Positions 1 to 10,888 of a stretch of 23,990 nucleotides of DNA are shown piece after piece; the first letter of the stretch is position 1; the number at the start of each line of letters is the position of its first letter. The translations under genes were made by a program, and so were the position numbers. The DNA lies in NCBI GenBank assembly GCA_036172245.1, contig JAYWIR010000041.1:1984001-2007990 (forward strand), read 5' to 3'. The notes beneath the pieces were generated by a model, which was not told the DNA's origin, searched no databases, and saw only the letters and a list, made by a program, of their open reading frames with translations. Source of the DNA: Raillietiella orientalis. Lineage: Eukaryota.

Positions 1-2302
1 AATTCTTTTCCAGAAATGTAAGTACTTACACCTTGCTCGGACAAGCCACTTTTGGAAGATGCCCTGTGGCCACGGCTCGTATTATGCGGACGAAGACGTT
101 CCTGCATACGTACTAAGGTTCAAGTACGAAAGATGTCAAGTGATATGTAGGATGCACGTGTGTCTGCATTCAGAAGGAAGAAACATTACAGCCTGAACGC
201 TGCTTTGCTCATGCTGATTTATCAGAGGCTTCTCGGACATTCGTTCCCTTCCCAAAAATAGCGTGTCACTTTCTCGCGGAATCTCTTCGTTGGCCTGATG
301 GAACTGCTATTCGATAGCTGCCGAGCTGCCTCAGCAGTGCAGTCTGGCCGGTAAAACACGAAGTTGTTTTCACGTTGGTGACAATCAGCAACCATCCTTT
401 GGGTCTCATCACTGCAGAGTTAGTTTTCGCCGCCAAAAGTAGTGAAGCTGAGGATCCTCCGGTATCAGAGGATCACGATGGCGAGAAGCGGACAGATCCT
501 ACCGCATAACGTGCAGAAACTGAATGTATCTCAGAAAATCAGCGTCCTCGATTACCGCTCCATACGTGCGTCTTGCTTCCACCTCTTCAGATACCTCCCG
601 AATCCCACAATCCTACCTCATCTATGTCAAACATATGGGAAGAAAAATGAACTGTATTGGAGCTGTGTCGGGGTCCTAACGGACTCTGGGCTAAATGAGA
701 CCTCGGCGACACGATGAGCCAGCGAACCGTTTAAGGAAACATCCGGAAGCCCTCCCATGCGCTACGCGCAGCCGCGTTTTTTGCGTCGACACGTGACTGG
801 GCAGTCTGTCGCTCTCTCGGCCGAAGTATTTCACGTAAGCAGGAAGTGCCGCGAACGGACCGTGCAATGATGGCCCTTCCTGCCCTTGATTTCATTCAGC
901 CCACTGATGGGGAACACTGAACCTTTGGATTGCAAGTTACAAAGGGTCCCAAGGACTTTTCAGGAGTTTGCATGAGGTCCACTCTGGAACAGATTTGCAG
1001 AAGTAAAAACAAGCTGGTACAAAAACGGAGCATGGCAAAAGATGGATGCGACTCTTGTCCGTCGTTCCTTTTGCTGGTAACGCACTCTGTTGGGCGGAGT
1101 ACTCGTCTTCCTTCGTTGACATGTTCTCCTCTAACAGGCCCGTGACTCGCTATCTGGACCAGCTGCCCTTCAACATCCCCGGAGATCTGTTTAGCTGTCT
1201 TTTGCTGTCAATCCTTCAAGAAAAGGCTCTCTTTGATCATTTTTCAGCTCGTTGCGATTCGTTCCGTCAGCACAGCGCATACCGCAACAGGAATGAAAAC
1301 TGTAAATATCTTTGTGACCTGCCACAGTCGTCACTAACCTATTTTCTACTATTCCTATTCCTTATCGGCCAACACATCATTCGCTTTTCATGAGGAAATT
1401 TTTTTGTTTCCAGCCCCACTCTAAGCATTATAAGGCACCGCCTTATTATCAGTGCGATTCCCACAAGAACTCTCTTCCCCAGCTGATGGAGGGGGATAGC
1501 AACCTTCAAACCACTCATCACTGCATCACTTGATGGCAAGGCAACTGTTGTCATCATCATCGTGGCAAACTTTGAATCCTCCAATCTGTGACTCGATGTA
1601 GCGGTATTGACTTTAATAATAAAGTGCGTCGCAGATCTTTGAAAGAAATTACCACAAAAGAATGATCCTATGATGAAGACTTCCGGTTAGAAACACGGAA
1701 CTGCAGTAGCAAGGTGGCTAGTTCCCGGAATTTTTTCCAGGTGTGGTTTGCGTTAGCAGCGCAGCAGCTTTTTAACAGATCAACAGAAAGAAACGTGTGC
1801 TCTTGCTTCCTATGCCTGGCTTTCTTTGCTGAGGCATCCGTTCTACCCCGAAACGGTTGGCCTCGTCTTCGTGACCTCCAAACATCTAAAATGCGCGATC
1901 GAGAAAAAACCGCAGACGCTTTTCGTCTGACCTCCGCTTCATGGATTCCAAGATTATCCGGTTCAATATCACGTCAAGTCCCAGCATTTCATTATGGGGA
2001 TTTGGCAACTCGGCAAATGAAGGTATGATCCTATGAAGGCAATCCAGGAAAACCCGTCTGTGCTTACGGGGTCAAGTCTCATCAGCGGGAGACTTAGGAC
2101 ACGCAACTTGCAGCGGAGAAGTCTGCGTCCTTCCAGCTGTCCGCCTCCAGGGAAATTTCAGAAAGCCACTTGCACCTGCTCTTCCGAGTTCCGTCTGCTC
2201 TCGCTTTCACTGTTATCCTTCTGTTGGAAAAGGCGTACAAAGTATAACAGAGTGGAGGCTGATTTGCCTTACAAAAGTCCTATTCTAGACCTTTCTCTGC
2301 AG

Positions 2303-2576
2303 CTTTGCCTTCCGGCTGTCGGATCATCTTCATGGAAACGGCAGCCTTCGACCCTGCGTGCCAATACATTTCCGGCGATGCAAGCGAGGCAAAGCTGCAA
2401 TCAACCTTCAATCCGCAAAGCAAGTGCTCTGTGCAGCTGGATATGCTCACTAACCTCTCTTCCTTTACTGAAGCAAATCCCATGTTGCGTCCTCAACAGG
2501 CCATTCGATGCTCAAGTTCGGATGGTGTTGCAGATGATGAATTCTGCGCATGCGATGGAACTCGGCCTTCCCAAAG
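2303..2576 (+). CDS. Candidate internal exon(s) of an unidentified spliced gene, possibly split by a 54-nt GC-AG intron (2420-2473)
   Basis: Acceptor ctttctctgcAG at 2302 and donor AG|GTGAGT at 2576/2577. The frame is open (LPSGCRIIFMETAAFDPACQY...DDEFCACDGTRPSQ). Internal GCAAGT...CACTAAC...pyrimidine tract...AG. No recognisable homology. Confidence 0.3.
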
Positions 2577-3906
2577 GTGAGTTCGCGACGGCGTGTAGCT
2601 CCAAACATTGTCAACACAACTTTAGGAATGTCCTAAAAAGACCTTGCAAGGGTGACTGGGCTCAAGAAACGCACAAAGAGCAGGTGATTAATGCCACACT
2701 GTGGACGTTCCGTTCCCATCCACGATTCCAAAATAAGAATGGAGTTCCGAAGCCCTGACGAAACGTTAGGAAGTACAAAAGTACGTTGAAAATATTTCCA
2801 ATTCGATGCAATGATCCGTCCGCAGCAGTGCCAGTTTTGGTTGCTTCACGTCATGCCGATGGGTAGAAGCAGAAGTTTCTAAAGCACGTTCTTCACGCAC
2901 ATATTGAGAGTGTGTTTTGCCATGAGATTAATGGCTCACACTGATACCGGAAATGCTTCCATGTTGAAATTTGCAGGGCTCCCTAGGACGGATTCGTACA
3001 ACGCGCGCAACAAATCGTTATTTTGAAAACCAACATGTTGGGAAACGCAACTCACATGACCACGCACAGAGAAAGAAATGAAATTCGACACTCGGAATAT
3101 ATATCTCCACCGTGCGAATTTCGAAACGATGTTTGCCGCTAGGAAGTTCAGCGTTCCACCCAACTTTCGTGGACTGTGGATCAATTCTCGTGAGAAACAT
3201 GCGTGTCTGCAACCGGGACGGATATCAGTCACCTCTTTCATGAGTGATGTTCTTGAACGCTGATTCCGTTTGCGGATATGAATTATGACTAGCCATGGGG
3301 GCATGGCTGCTTCCTAACTACTGGAGTGCTTACGGGTGTGCTTGACAAGTCGGCATCTCTCAGCTGAAGGGGGCTACCTGCAGAGTCCTGATCTCCTGCA
3401 AAATACCAGCGGTTTGTAACGTGCAGCCGAACAGCAGCACGGACTTCAAACTACGGTCTTCCATGCAATTTTGAATGCACGGCTGGAATGATCATGTATT
3501 CCAAGGGAAACTGACTATTCTACGTTCGCATCTTTCCATTTCCTTCCATTGTTCCAACTTGCATTGGGAACTTCAAGTCGGTTCGTTCTAATCCCTTACT
3601 AACCCCAGCGAAGCCGCAAGCCTCTTCCAACGGATGTACTGTTCGGAAACCTGAAGATGAAACCGGAAAATAAGCGAAAAATTCGTGGTCGAATCATGAA
3701 AGGAATTTTCCTGAAAGGAGCATCACCTCTGATGACCTTGCATACAGAACCTTTCCGACGCATTTCTTAATTTCTTAGTTCTCTCGAGAGGAATCGAATG
3801 TTTTCAGAGCAATGTGAGAGAAGGGATGCTACGGTGCTTCACGCGGCTTTCCATCTTGGATACGAAAATTGGGTGCCATTGGAGTCACGTGATTCTTGCC
3901 TTCAGT

Positions 3907-4583
3907 TTTCATCGCTTCCTTACGGACTCGGTGAGGCGGAGAGCGAGCCGGGTGCCTCCCGTCGTCTCAATGCCGGCGGGCGGGTTCTCGTCTCACGAAC
4001 CAAGCGCTGACCACCCGACCCCTTCGGTCGTCCGGATTGCCCTGCGCGCACGTCGGCGCTGTTCTCTCTTTCCGCGAGGAGGGGCGACCGCCTCAGGGTC
4101 CGGGTGAGGCGCGATTCGCTCCGGGGACAGTGTCGTGTGGGGAGTTTGGCCGGAGCGGTACATCCGTCAAAAGCTAACGTGCGCCGCCTTAAGGCCACTT
4201 ATGGCCAAACATAAGAACAGCTCAGCGAGGACAGAAAGCACGCGTTCAGTAGAAGCGCGAAACCTGGTTTGATCCGGATTTGCAGCACGAGTGCAGACCG
4301 CGAAAGCGAGCCCTACACCCTACCTTGACATTGCGCGCAGATCGTGATCTTTGAGCAAGAGGTCTCAGAAAACTTACCACAGAGACGAGTGGCTTGTGGC
4401 AGCCAAGAGTTCATAGCGACGTCGCTTTGGGATTCTTCGATATCTTCCCTCCCTACATTCGCGAAGCAGAATTCGCTAAGCGTTGGATCGTGCACTCATC
4501 AACAGGGAACGCGAGCTGGGTTTGGACCGTCAGGTTAGTTTTATCCTACTGATGAATGGTCGTTGCGATAGAAATCCTGATCA
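3907..4583 (+). pseudogene. 28S (LSU) rRNA pseudogene fragment, domain V (peptidyl-transferase region), ending just before the sarcin-ricin loop
   Basis: Recognisable eukaryotic LSU tracts: CTCGGTGAGGCGG, GCTCCGGGGACAGTG..GTGGGGAGTTTG, AGCTCAG.GAGGACAGAAA, TCAGAAAA.TTACCACAG, GGCTTGTGGC.GCCAAG.GTTCATAGCGACGTCGCTTT, GAAGCAGAATTC, AGGGAACG.GAGCTGGGTTT.GACCGTC, AGGTTAGTTTTA.CCTACTGATGA. Universally conserved PTC residues are mutated and GTGAGAC (H93) is deleted at ~4531. Confidence 0.93.
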
Positions 4584-4812
4584 TCCCTGGAAGCTCTCAG
4601 CACCAATTAGAAATAGGTGCTCAAGAGCAGGGAGCACAGACTATTAGCCTGCCGTATACCGCATCACATTGGTGTGGCATCATCATGTTCGCTGAAAGAG
4701 CTGTTGCCGAACGCGTGGCTCGAGCTGGAGCGCAGATAGACCGGAAATGCAGCCGTGAAGCTCAGGAATTCCAGGAGAAGAAGCTCCTGGTCGAAACAGT
4801 CGAACGCCTTGC
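4581..4812 (-). mobile_element. Fragment G: decayed internal RT segment of an L1/Tx1-like non-LTR retrotransposon
   Basis: Minus-strand translation KAFDCFDQELLLLEFL...PM*CGIRQANSLCSLLLSTYF*LVLRA. It is collinear with the RT of B (8625-8850) and C (14310-14550). Two in-frame stops. Confidence 0.85.
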
Positions 4813-5927
4813 TTGTGCGGGGTGGACGTGTTTTCTTGCTGCTGCTCGGTGCCAGGAACTCTTCCTACTTAGCGAAGTGTTGAGTGGTTCGGTGGTCGAT
4901 CAGGCAGCAATGCCCGACACGACCACCAGTGAGGGCCAGGGGGCGACGGCGACGTCATCCCCAGAGGCGATGGAGGTTGGCGCTTCCGCCCCCACAGAAT
5001 CGGTCCTCGCTTCAGAGCGCCGTCGCAGCGGCGCCTACGCCTGCAGCCGCGGCGGAATTAACTGCCTACGTGCAGGAGGGGTATAACCCCTCACTACTCT
5101 ACAAGGTGGGAGATTTGTACTCTCCTGAGAGTGCGATGCGCGCCCTCAACGTTCAAGAGGAAGAACTCTGCGCGATGACCATCCGCAGCGGGAGGCAGTA
5201 CGTCGAGGTCATCTGCAAACAGGCAGATCTGGCCCAACGTCTGCTCATAACCCCCGTTGTGATGGGGAAACGCAGGCTTCTTCCCATAACGGTGGACCGC
5301 AGCATTGTGGTCCACCTGTTAGGCGCGGATGCGTAGGGAAACCCTCCGCGCCGCACTCGAACAGTACGGTACGGTACACGCGCAGTGGTCCAAGCCTAGT
5401 CCCTTTGTGGATTATGCCGGACTGCGATGCGGCCTCTCGGTTGCACGCATCGCCGTGCGTGAGGGCTGTTCGCTTCCCCCCGGACTAGTGGTCGCCGGTG
5501 AAACGGTCGACCTGTGGTATGTGGAGAAGCCCAAAGACGGCGGCTTCCGCAATACGTCGGGCCATCTCAAAAAGAGGTGCCCCAACGTGCAGCGCCAGGT
5601 ATGCGGAACCATGGGCCACACACGGGAGGTGCGCCCACAAGCAGCAGTGCGCGTCGTGTCCGCGAGAAGAAAACTACGAAACGCTCCACGCTGCTGCAAA
5701 AGAAGTTTGCGGCGTAAGCCGCCGCGAAAGCTGTGCCACCCGCGCCCAAGACCCAGGCCGCACCCGAGAGCCCGGCGATCAACGCCGGAACCGTCGAGGC
5801 AAACGGCCAGGAGCCTGGGTGGCAGGTGGCAACAGCCAAAAAATCAAAAAAGGAGAGGAGAGAAGCGAGAGAACTCGCCTACCGCAGCAAAAAGCAGCTG
5901 GGTAGCCCGTGGATTAAAGATTGCAGC
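4813..5927 (+). mobile_element. Fragment A: 5' UTR plus decayed gag-like ORF1 (ATG 4910) of a Tx1-like element, truncated within ORF1
   Basis: Joined frames give MPDTTT..MEVG..YNPSLLYKVG..RSIVVHLLG..LEQYGTVHAQWSKP..GETVDLWYVEKPK..GHLKKRCP..CGTMGHTREV. This is RRM-like plus two degenerate CCHC knuckles, homologous to ORF1 of C. It carries frameshifts and a stop at 5334. Confidence 0.85.
4824..4830 (+). promoter_or_regulatory. DPE-like internal Pol II promoter motif GGACGTG of element A
   Basis: Matches the RGWCGTG motif of arthropod LINE internal promoters. It lies 86 nt before the ORF1 ATG, and the same motif lies 85 nt before the ORF1 ATG in C. Confidence 0.55.
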
Positions 5928-8900
5928 GTTGTTGTTTGTCACTCGGTTGCGCCGGGACGTTTATTATTTGAAATCACTTGGGAGCTGTGTTCCCAGGCAA
6001 GGGGGAACAGAAGATGGGGAGGAGGATTGCCGGCACGCAGGTAGGGCACACTGGGGATTCGGAACGGCAGGGAGGGGACAAGAAATGAACAGAAATAGTG
6101 GGAAGAGGGGGAGGGGCAGGTAGGGACAGGGGTCTGCAGTTTCGGCCCTTGCTATTCTCCGAACCGGCGGCGAACGCCGGCAATCTCCGTCCTCACTTCT
6201 TCGTTCAGGTGTGGCCTCCCGGCAGCCAGTTCCGGATTGCAGGCTGCCCTGTCGGGGACCGACGTTGGGACCGCTCGCAGCTGCAATACGTGGCGGGCCC
6301 TGACAATGGCGCGGACGCAGCAGATGATCGCGACGACCGCTCCCAGAGATAGGCCGCCACGCGTGAAGAAGTGGCGCATCCAGTTCATTGCGGTGTGCCC
6401 GGGATGCAGGAGCGCTGAAGACAGCCGCCGCCGCAGTGCCTGGAGAGCACCGCAGTCGAATAGCAGGTGCGGGAGCGATTCCACCGCTCCGCATTTTGCG
6501 CAGTTCGGGGACGCGACTCCCCGGAAACCAGGAGCGCGCGCTGGTTGCAATACAGACACCAACGCATTAGCAGAAAAGCGGTCCTGTTTCCACCGAAAGG
6601 GGAACGCAGTCGCGTCCAAGCACGGGGAAGGGACCACAAGTTGTTCGCAGGGCACCCTGAGAAGCTCGCTCCACCGAAGAAGGCCCTTGGCACGAATGCG
6701 AGGCGTGGCAGCGTCTGCCAGCTCGCAGAAGCGGTCGTGCAGCCGCTCAGAAGTCGCGTTTCGCCTGCGATAGCGCAGGCGATCTGCCACCTCCCCGGTA
6801 TGCCACTGGCGTCTCGTGCCTTTAGGGCAGACAGCGCTTCGGCGAGGGACGTAGCGGCCAGGCGCATCCACTTGTGCTGGTTTTGCAACACCTCCCCCAC
6901 TGGACAGTATGGAGAAAGGTTCACGCAACGGAGTTCCAATCGGGACACATCCTGTTGCGCTGCCCAGGACGATAAGGCTTCCTGCCGCTAGGCGTTCAAG
7001 TTCGCCGGCCGGCAGGAGATCCACGAATGCGTCCCCAGAAGGGAGGCGAGCTGCCTCAGCGGGGAAGCCCAATGCTCTCATGGCGCGCTCCGTACGCAGG
7101 TGCAAAGAACGCAGTCCGTCGCCATTCGTGCAGCGCCGCAGCAGCAGCCGCGCTGGAGCACACCGGGGAGTCGTCCAAAGCTGGGCGCAAAGTGCCAGCC
7201 TGCGGAACTGCACTAGCAGTCCGATCCTCTCCAGCGTCAAGATGTCCAAGCCGGCATCCGGCCGAGGAGCCGCCAAGTCCTTGAAGCGGATCCTGGACCT
7301 CGCCGGTGCCCACGAGGACAGGACGGCGCTTCTCCCGTAGCTTGGCCGAGTAGGGAGGGGAAGAAACAAAAAGCAGAGAACGGAGGAGGACGGTAACCAA
7401 AAAGTTAAATGCGAAGGCTCGTCCCCGGCAGGAGGAACCTGCGGCCTTGGAACGGGACCAGAGCAGTCTCGGCCTTGAGAAGGCAGTGCGACCACGCTTC
7501 TGCTGGACAGAAGGTGCCCAAGGGAACGCCAAGGTACTTAAAGCACCAGCCCGTGATCATCCCCAGGCGGATCCAGGCGGACTGCCCCTCCCACGTACAG
7601 GCAACCGCTGCAACGCTCGAATTCGTCCTGTTGACGCACACGCCCGCTCTCCGACGAATGAGATCGAAGAAATCTTCGAGACTGGACGTCGGGATGGGCA
7701 TGGGCAACAGGAGAAGGAGGTCGTCTGCATAGGTGGCCACGACCGGAGTTTCCGTGAAGGAGCTCGGCAGGTTGGCCGGCCTCAGCGCATGCCCTGTGCC
7801 ACTGTCCAGTTTATCTTGGGACAGTGATCACCCAACGACATAACGTTGTTGTCGACTCCTTCTTCAAGATCCTCTCCCCTCGATGGCCCGTTTCCCGCAA
7901 GAATCGCCGAGTAGACGTGTTAAACTCCACTCTTCGTCCCGACATATTTTTACAGAATGCGTCCGCAGATGTTATCATTGACGTTGCGATCTCCTTTGAA
8001 AATCGTATGCCATCGATACAGCGTGCAAGAGAAACCAAAATCCTGAAGTACGCTGAGATCGAGGGCGTCCTCAAGAATCTGGGCTTGCGCACCAGCAACC
8101 GAGCATTTGTGATTGGTGCCCACGGCTCATGAGATCTCGATAATGATAGGCTGTTGAAATTGCTCGCAATCCCTCAAAGAAGAATTACCGCGACCTCTGG
8201 GCATCTATGCACAGAAATTGGAAAATTTTCCCGGCACATGTACATCAAACAGCCGAACCCTTCTTCGTATCCAGCAGAAAACTTCGAAGGAAATCTTCGC
8301 CACGAAGGTATGTACCACAGTCACGGAAAACTACGCTATGTATCCAAAATACAAACGGGAGTCCTCCTCTATCACTCTGCAAATCCGTTAGCAGATGACG
8401 ACCATTTAGACGGCTTTAGCTCATCTCCAATAGCAGAAGCCACTCAGGTGCTAGCGTCCCTCTGAGTGCTAATTTCATACCCTAACCTTCTTTTCAAGTT
8501 CCACCCTCAACAGCTGTGTGTTCAAAGACCATTGGATTCTGCGTGAAATTGAACTTTGCAAACATCTTGTCAAACTACCTCTTATATGAGGTACAAATGT
8601 AATAAGTGTGTCGTGTAAACAAAACCTCAGCACCAACTCAAAGAAGATGCTGAAGAGCTGAAGGTTTAAGCTGTTCCCTTGCCTGATGCCCCGCCGTATG
8701 GGGACGCTGTACACGTGGCGGCCGCTGAAAGAGATACAGCACAATGCATGGTGCCAGCAGGAGCGCAAGTAGGCGACGAGGTGCGTGTGGAGGCCTAGGC
8801 GTCCCAGAAGCTCCAGGAGGAGACCCTGATTCACGCGGTCGAACGCCTTGTGGAGATCGACCGCGACTGCCAAGGCACCCGGCGCCTCCTCAGGTCGAAT

Positions 8901-9996
8901 GTACCTTCGCCCTGCCGACGCAGCCGCAGCTGCTGATCGCTGGCGGTCGTGCGCCACGCATCTCTGTAGCTCGAGGCACGTGCGCGCGAAGAACAGGTTC
9001 GCCTCCATGGACCGTCCGGGAACAACGTAGGACTGCTCCGGACTTACCACGGATCCCGCGATCCTGCCTAGGCGCGCGACCCTCAGCCTGACGTCCGAAT
9101 TCACCAAGGTGATCGAACGCCAGTGCTTTAATAGGCGCATGTCTCCGCTTTCTGGCAGCAGACGCACCGTTGCTGAGCGGAACGAGGTCGGGACATTGCC
9201 CGTCTCTCGCATCAGCTCAGAAAGCCTCAGCACCAGGGGGATGAGTTCCGCCGCGAAGCACTATTAGAACTCCGCAAGCAGACCATCCTCACCTGGCGCC
9301 TTTCGCCTCTTCGGGCCCGCTATGGCGGAAGACACTTTTTCCGCCGTGAAGGGCAAGTCCAAAGTGGCGCGTTCCTTCTCGTCGACAGCAGGAGCACCCG
9401 CCGGCAGAAGCTGCTCCGAGACACTGCGGTTTGACGGCTCGCTTGCATACAACGAGGAGTAGTAGCGCTTTAAGAGGTGGCGAAGCATTCCAGGCCCTGG
9501 TCGTCGAGCAGACAAGCGGCTCCTGACTGCCAGACCTGGCGCTCGGACTTGGCCTTGTACTCGGCAAGGTACCGGAAGTCAGGGCATCGGGAGAATTGGC
9601 GGGCCTGCGCAAACGCTCTGCTGTTGGCCACGCCTTCACCGAAGCCACGGGGAAGCAGGCGCAAGGAAAACCGGCTGCAGAACTCACGGACCGATCTTTT
9701 CAGATCGTCCCTGTCCACGAGCTCCCGAACGACCAAGCCCCGTTTATGTTGGCGGAGGTGGTCCGCAGCCACCGGATTTCTTAGCCAGTCGGGCCGGCAG
9801 CCTCCAGACGTGCGTCGGAGGACCCTTGCCAGGCGGGAGAAGATCGAACTCCTGTGGTGGTCGGATAGCTCGGACGGCATGGGATCTCTTCGACCCACCC
9901 GACAGAGCAGGTGGTCGTCGAGGAACGCATGGTCCGGCGATCTCTGCATTCTGGGCTTGCCAGCAAGCAAGTTGTGCACGCGCACGGGCGCGCAGG
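5928..9996 (-). mobile_element. Element B: Tx1/L1-like ORF2 pseudogene (EN C-terminus, RT, C-terminal CCHC; stop at 6152) with 3' UTR, interrupted by the insert at 7796-8624
   Basis: DH..LSDH endonuclease end; YYSSLY..KAPGEDGL.AEF; WRSITLVNSD; EQSYVVPGRS; DLHKAFD; GIRQGNSL; YADD; KYLGV; CAKC..ESLPHLLFDC. Pyrimidine-rich 3' UTR with AATAAA and a short CAA-like tail at 5928-5938. Multiple frameshifts and stops. Confidence 0.93.
7796..8624 (+). mobile_element. 5'-truncated RLE-type non-LTR retrotransposon (R2 group, NeSL-like), nested antisense in the RT of B
   Basis: One frame, 7797-8465: CHC..ITQRHN..RPDI..IIDVAISFEN..RARETKILKY..IGAHGS*(W)D.DND, i.e. the end of a CCHC knuckle plus a PD-(D/E)xK restriction-like endonuclease. 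A 3' UTR ends in an A-rich tract. CCT is repeated at 7793-7795 and 8625-8627, and the host RT (FELVLR|...YADD) resumes across it. Confidence 0.9.
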
Positions 9997-10000
9997 AAGG

Positions 10001-10778
10001 AAGCGAACTGGCTGACGCTGCGATCCCAAGCGTTCTCCCGCGAGGAATCCAGAGATGAAGCGAGCTGCTTGGCATCCCGTTGGATGAGCTAAAGTGGCCC
10101 CCATTATTCAGAGATGCATCCACCCTCCCCCTCAAGTGGCAGGAAACGGCGCTGCTGTTGTTGCACTGGGGTCTTCCCTGCAACGCGCGCCGCCACCACT
10201 GGACGTTGGGGAACGTGGGACAGAACTGTGCAGTGTGCGTGGAGAAGGAATCCCTCCCCCATCTGTTAGTGGAGTGCGCTCCCCTCCGGCCCTTTTGGGA
10301 ACGTTTTGCTACGACCCTCCGAATACCGGTCGGCAGTACCCCCAGAGACGTTGTGAGAGTCCTCTTCGTGCGAGACGCCCTGCCACCAGCCTCAACCCTG
10401 GCAGCGCTCTGCTTCCTCCGAGGGATTGTGGCTGCATGGAGCGCAGCCAACAGAGGAAGCAGCGACAGGGACCCCATCGTACACGCTGGTCGCTACATGA
10501 GAATCGCGATCGGCTGGCCCCATCTGGGAGCTATGACGAGGGACCTCGAGGGCATCCTGGAAAGGATGGTCTCTCCCTCCTGCGGACTGTGATCCCTTTT
10601 GTTTGTTTCATTTATTTTCCTTTTGTTTTACCCCCTATCCCCCTCCGCTGCCGAGGAGAGTCAAGCCGGTCTGCGAACCGGGTTCCTGGCAGGTTCCATG
10701 AACTATTGGCCGTATCGGGGCCTAGTACCGCAAATGTAAAGTGGCTATTAATAAACGCCCCGGCCTCACTGGGTGAGA
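10001..10778 (+). mobile_element. Segment D: 3' end of a Tx1-like element (ORF2 C-terminus, stop 10592, plus 3' UTR)
   Basis: SELADAAIPSVLPRGIQR*SELLGIP...CAVC..ESLPHLLVEC..RGIVAAW aligns with the C-terminus of B (CELADAATPRIRAKGLLRWSELLRVP). T/C-rich UTR with AATAAA at 10750-10755. Confidence 0.9.
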
Positions 10779-10803
10779 ACTTCCCCGCGTCCTTCTAGGT
10801 AGC

Positions 10804-10810
10804 GGACGTG
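10804..10810 (+). promoter_or_regulatory. DPE-like internal promoter motif GGACGTG of element C
   Basis: About 26-28 nt downstream of the inferred 5' end (10777-10779), close to canonical DPE spacing. The motif is shared with A. Confidence 0.55.
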
Positions 10811-10888
10811 GTTGGGCATCGCTCCGCGGCCTGGTTAATGGGAGGCTTTTCGTTGGTTTAGTCTGGTGTGTGGGAGTGCCGGTGTCGC

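Noticed and set aside
442..2028. Short ORFs in the left flank, including a purine-rich decayed-looking frame at 1339-1584
   Set aside because: No recognisable domains and no consistent exon chain could be built.
3785..3810. CGAGAGGAATCG..TTCAGA resembling the sarcin-ricin loop just upstream of the 28S fragment (possible permutation)
   Set aside because: Only a 9-nt exact match, and the similarity does not convincingly extend, so it is compatible with chance.
3907..4583. Functional rRNA gene or an R1/R2-type insertion into rDNA
   Set aside because: Only ~680 nt are present, PTC residues are mutated, no 28S continuation follows the TE block, and the R1/R2 target region lies upstream of the part present.
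4910..9996. A single element with convergent ORF1(+) and ORF2(-)
   Set aside because: C shows the normal tandem ORF1-ORF2 order for this family, and A is cut within ORF1 at B's 3' tail.
5928..10778. B/D as a twin-priming 5' inversion of one element
   Set aside because: B and D each carry their own, divergent C-terminal zinc finger and 3' UTR, so they are different elements.
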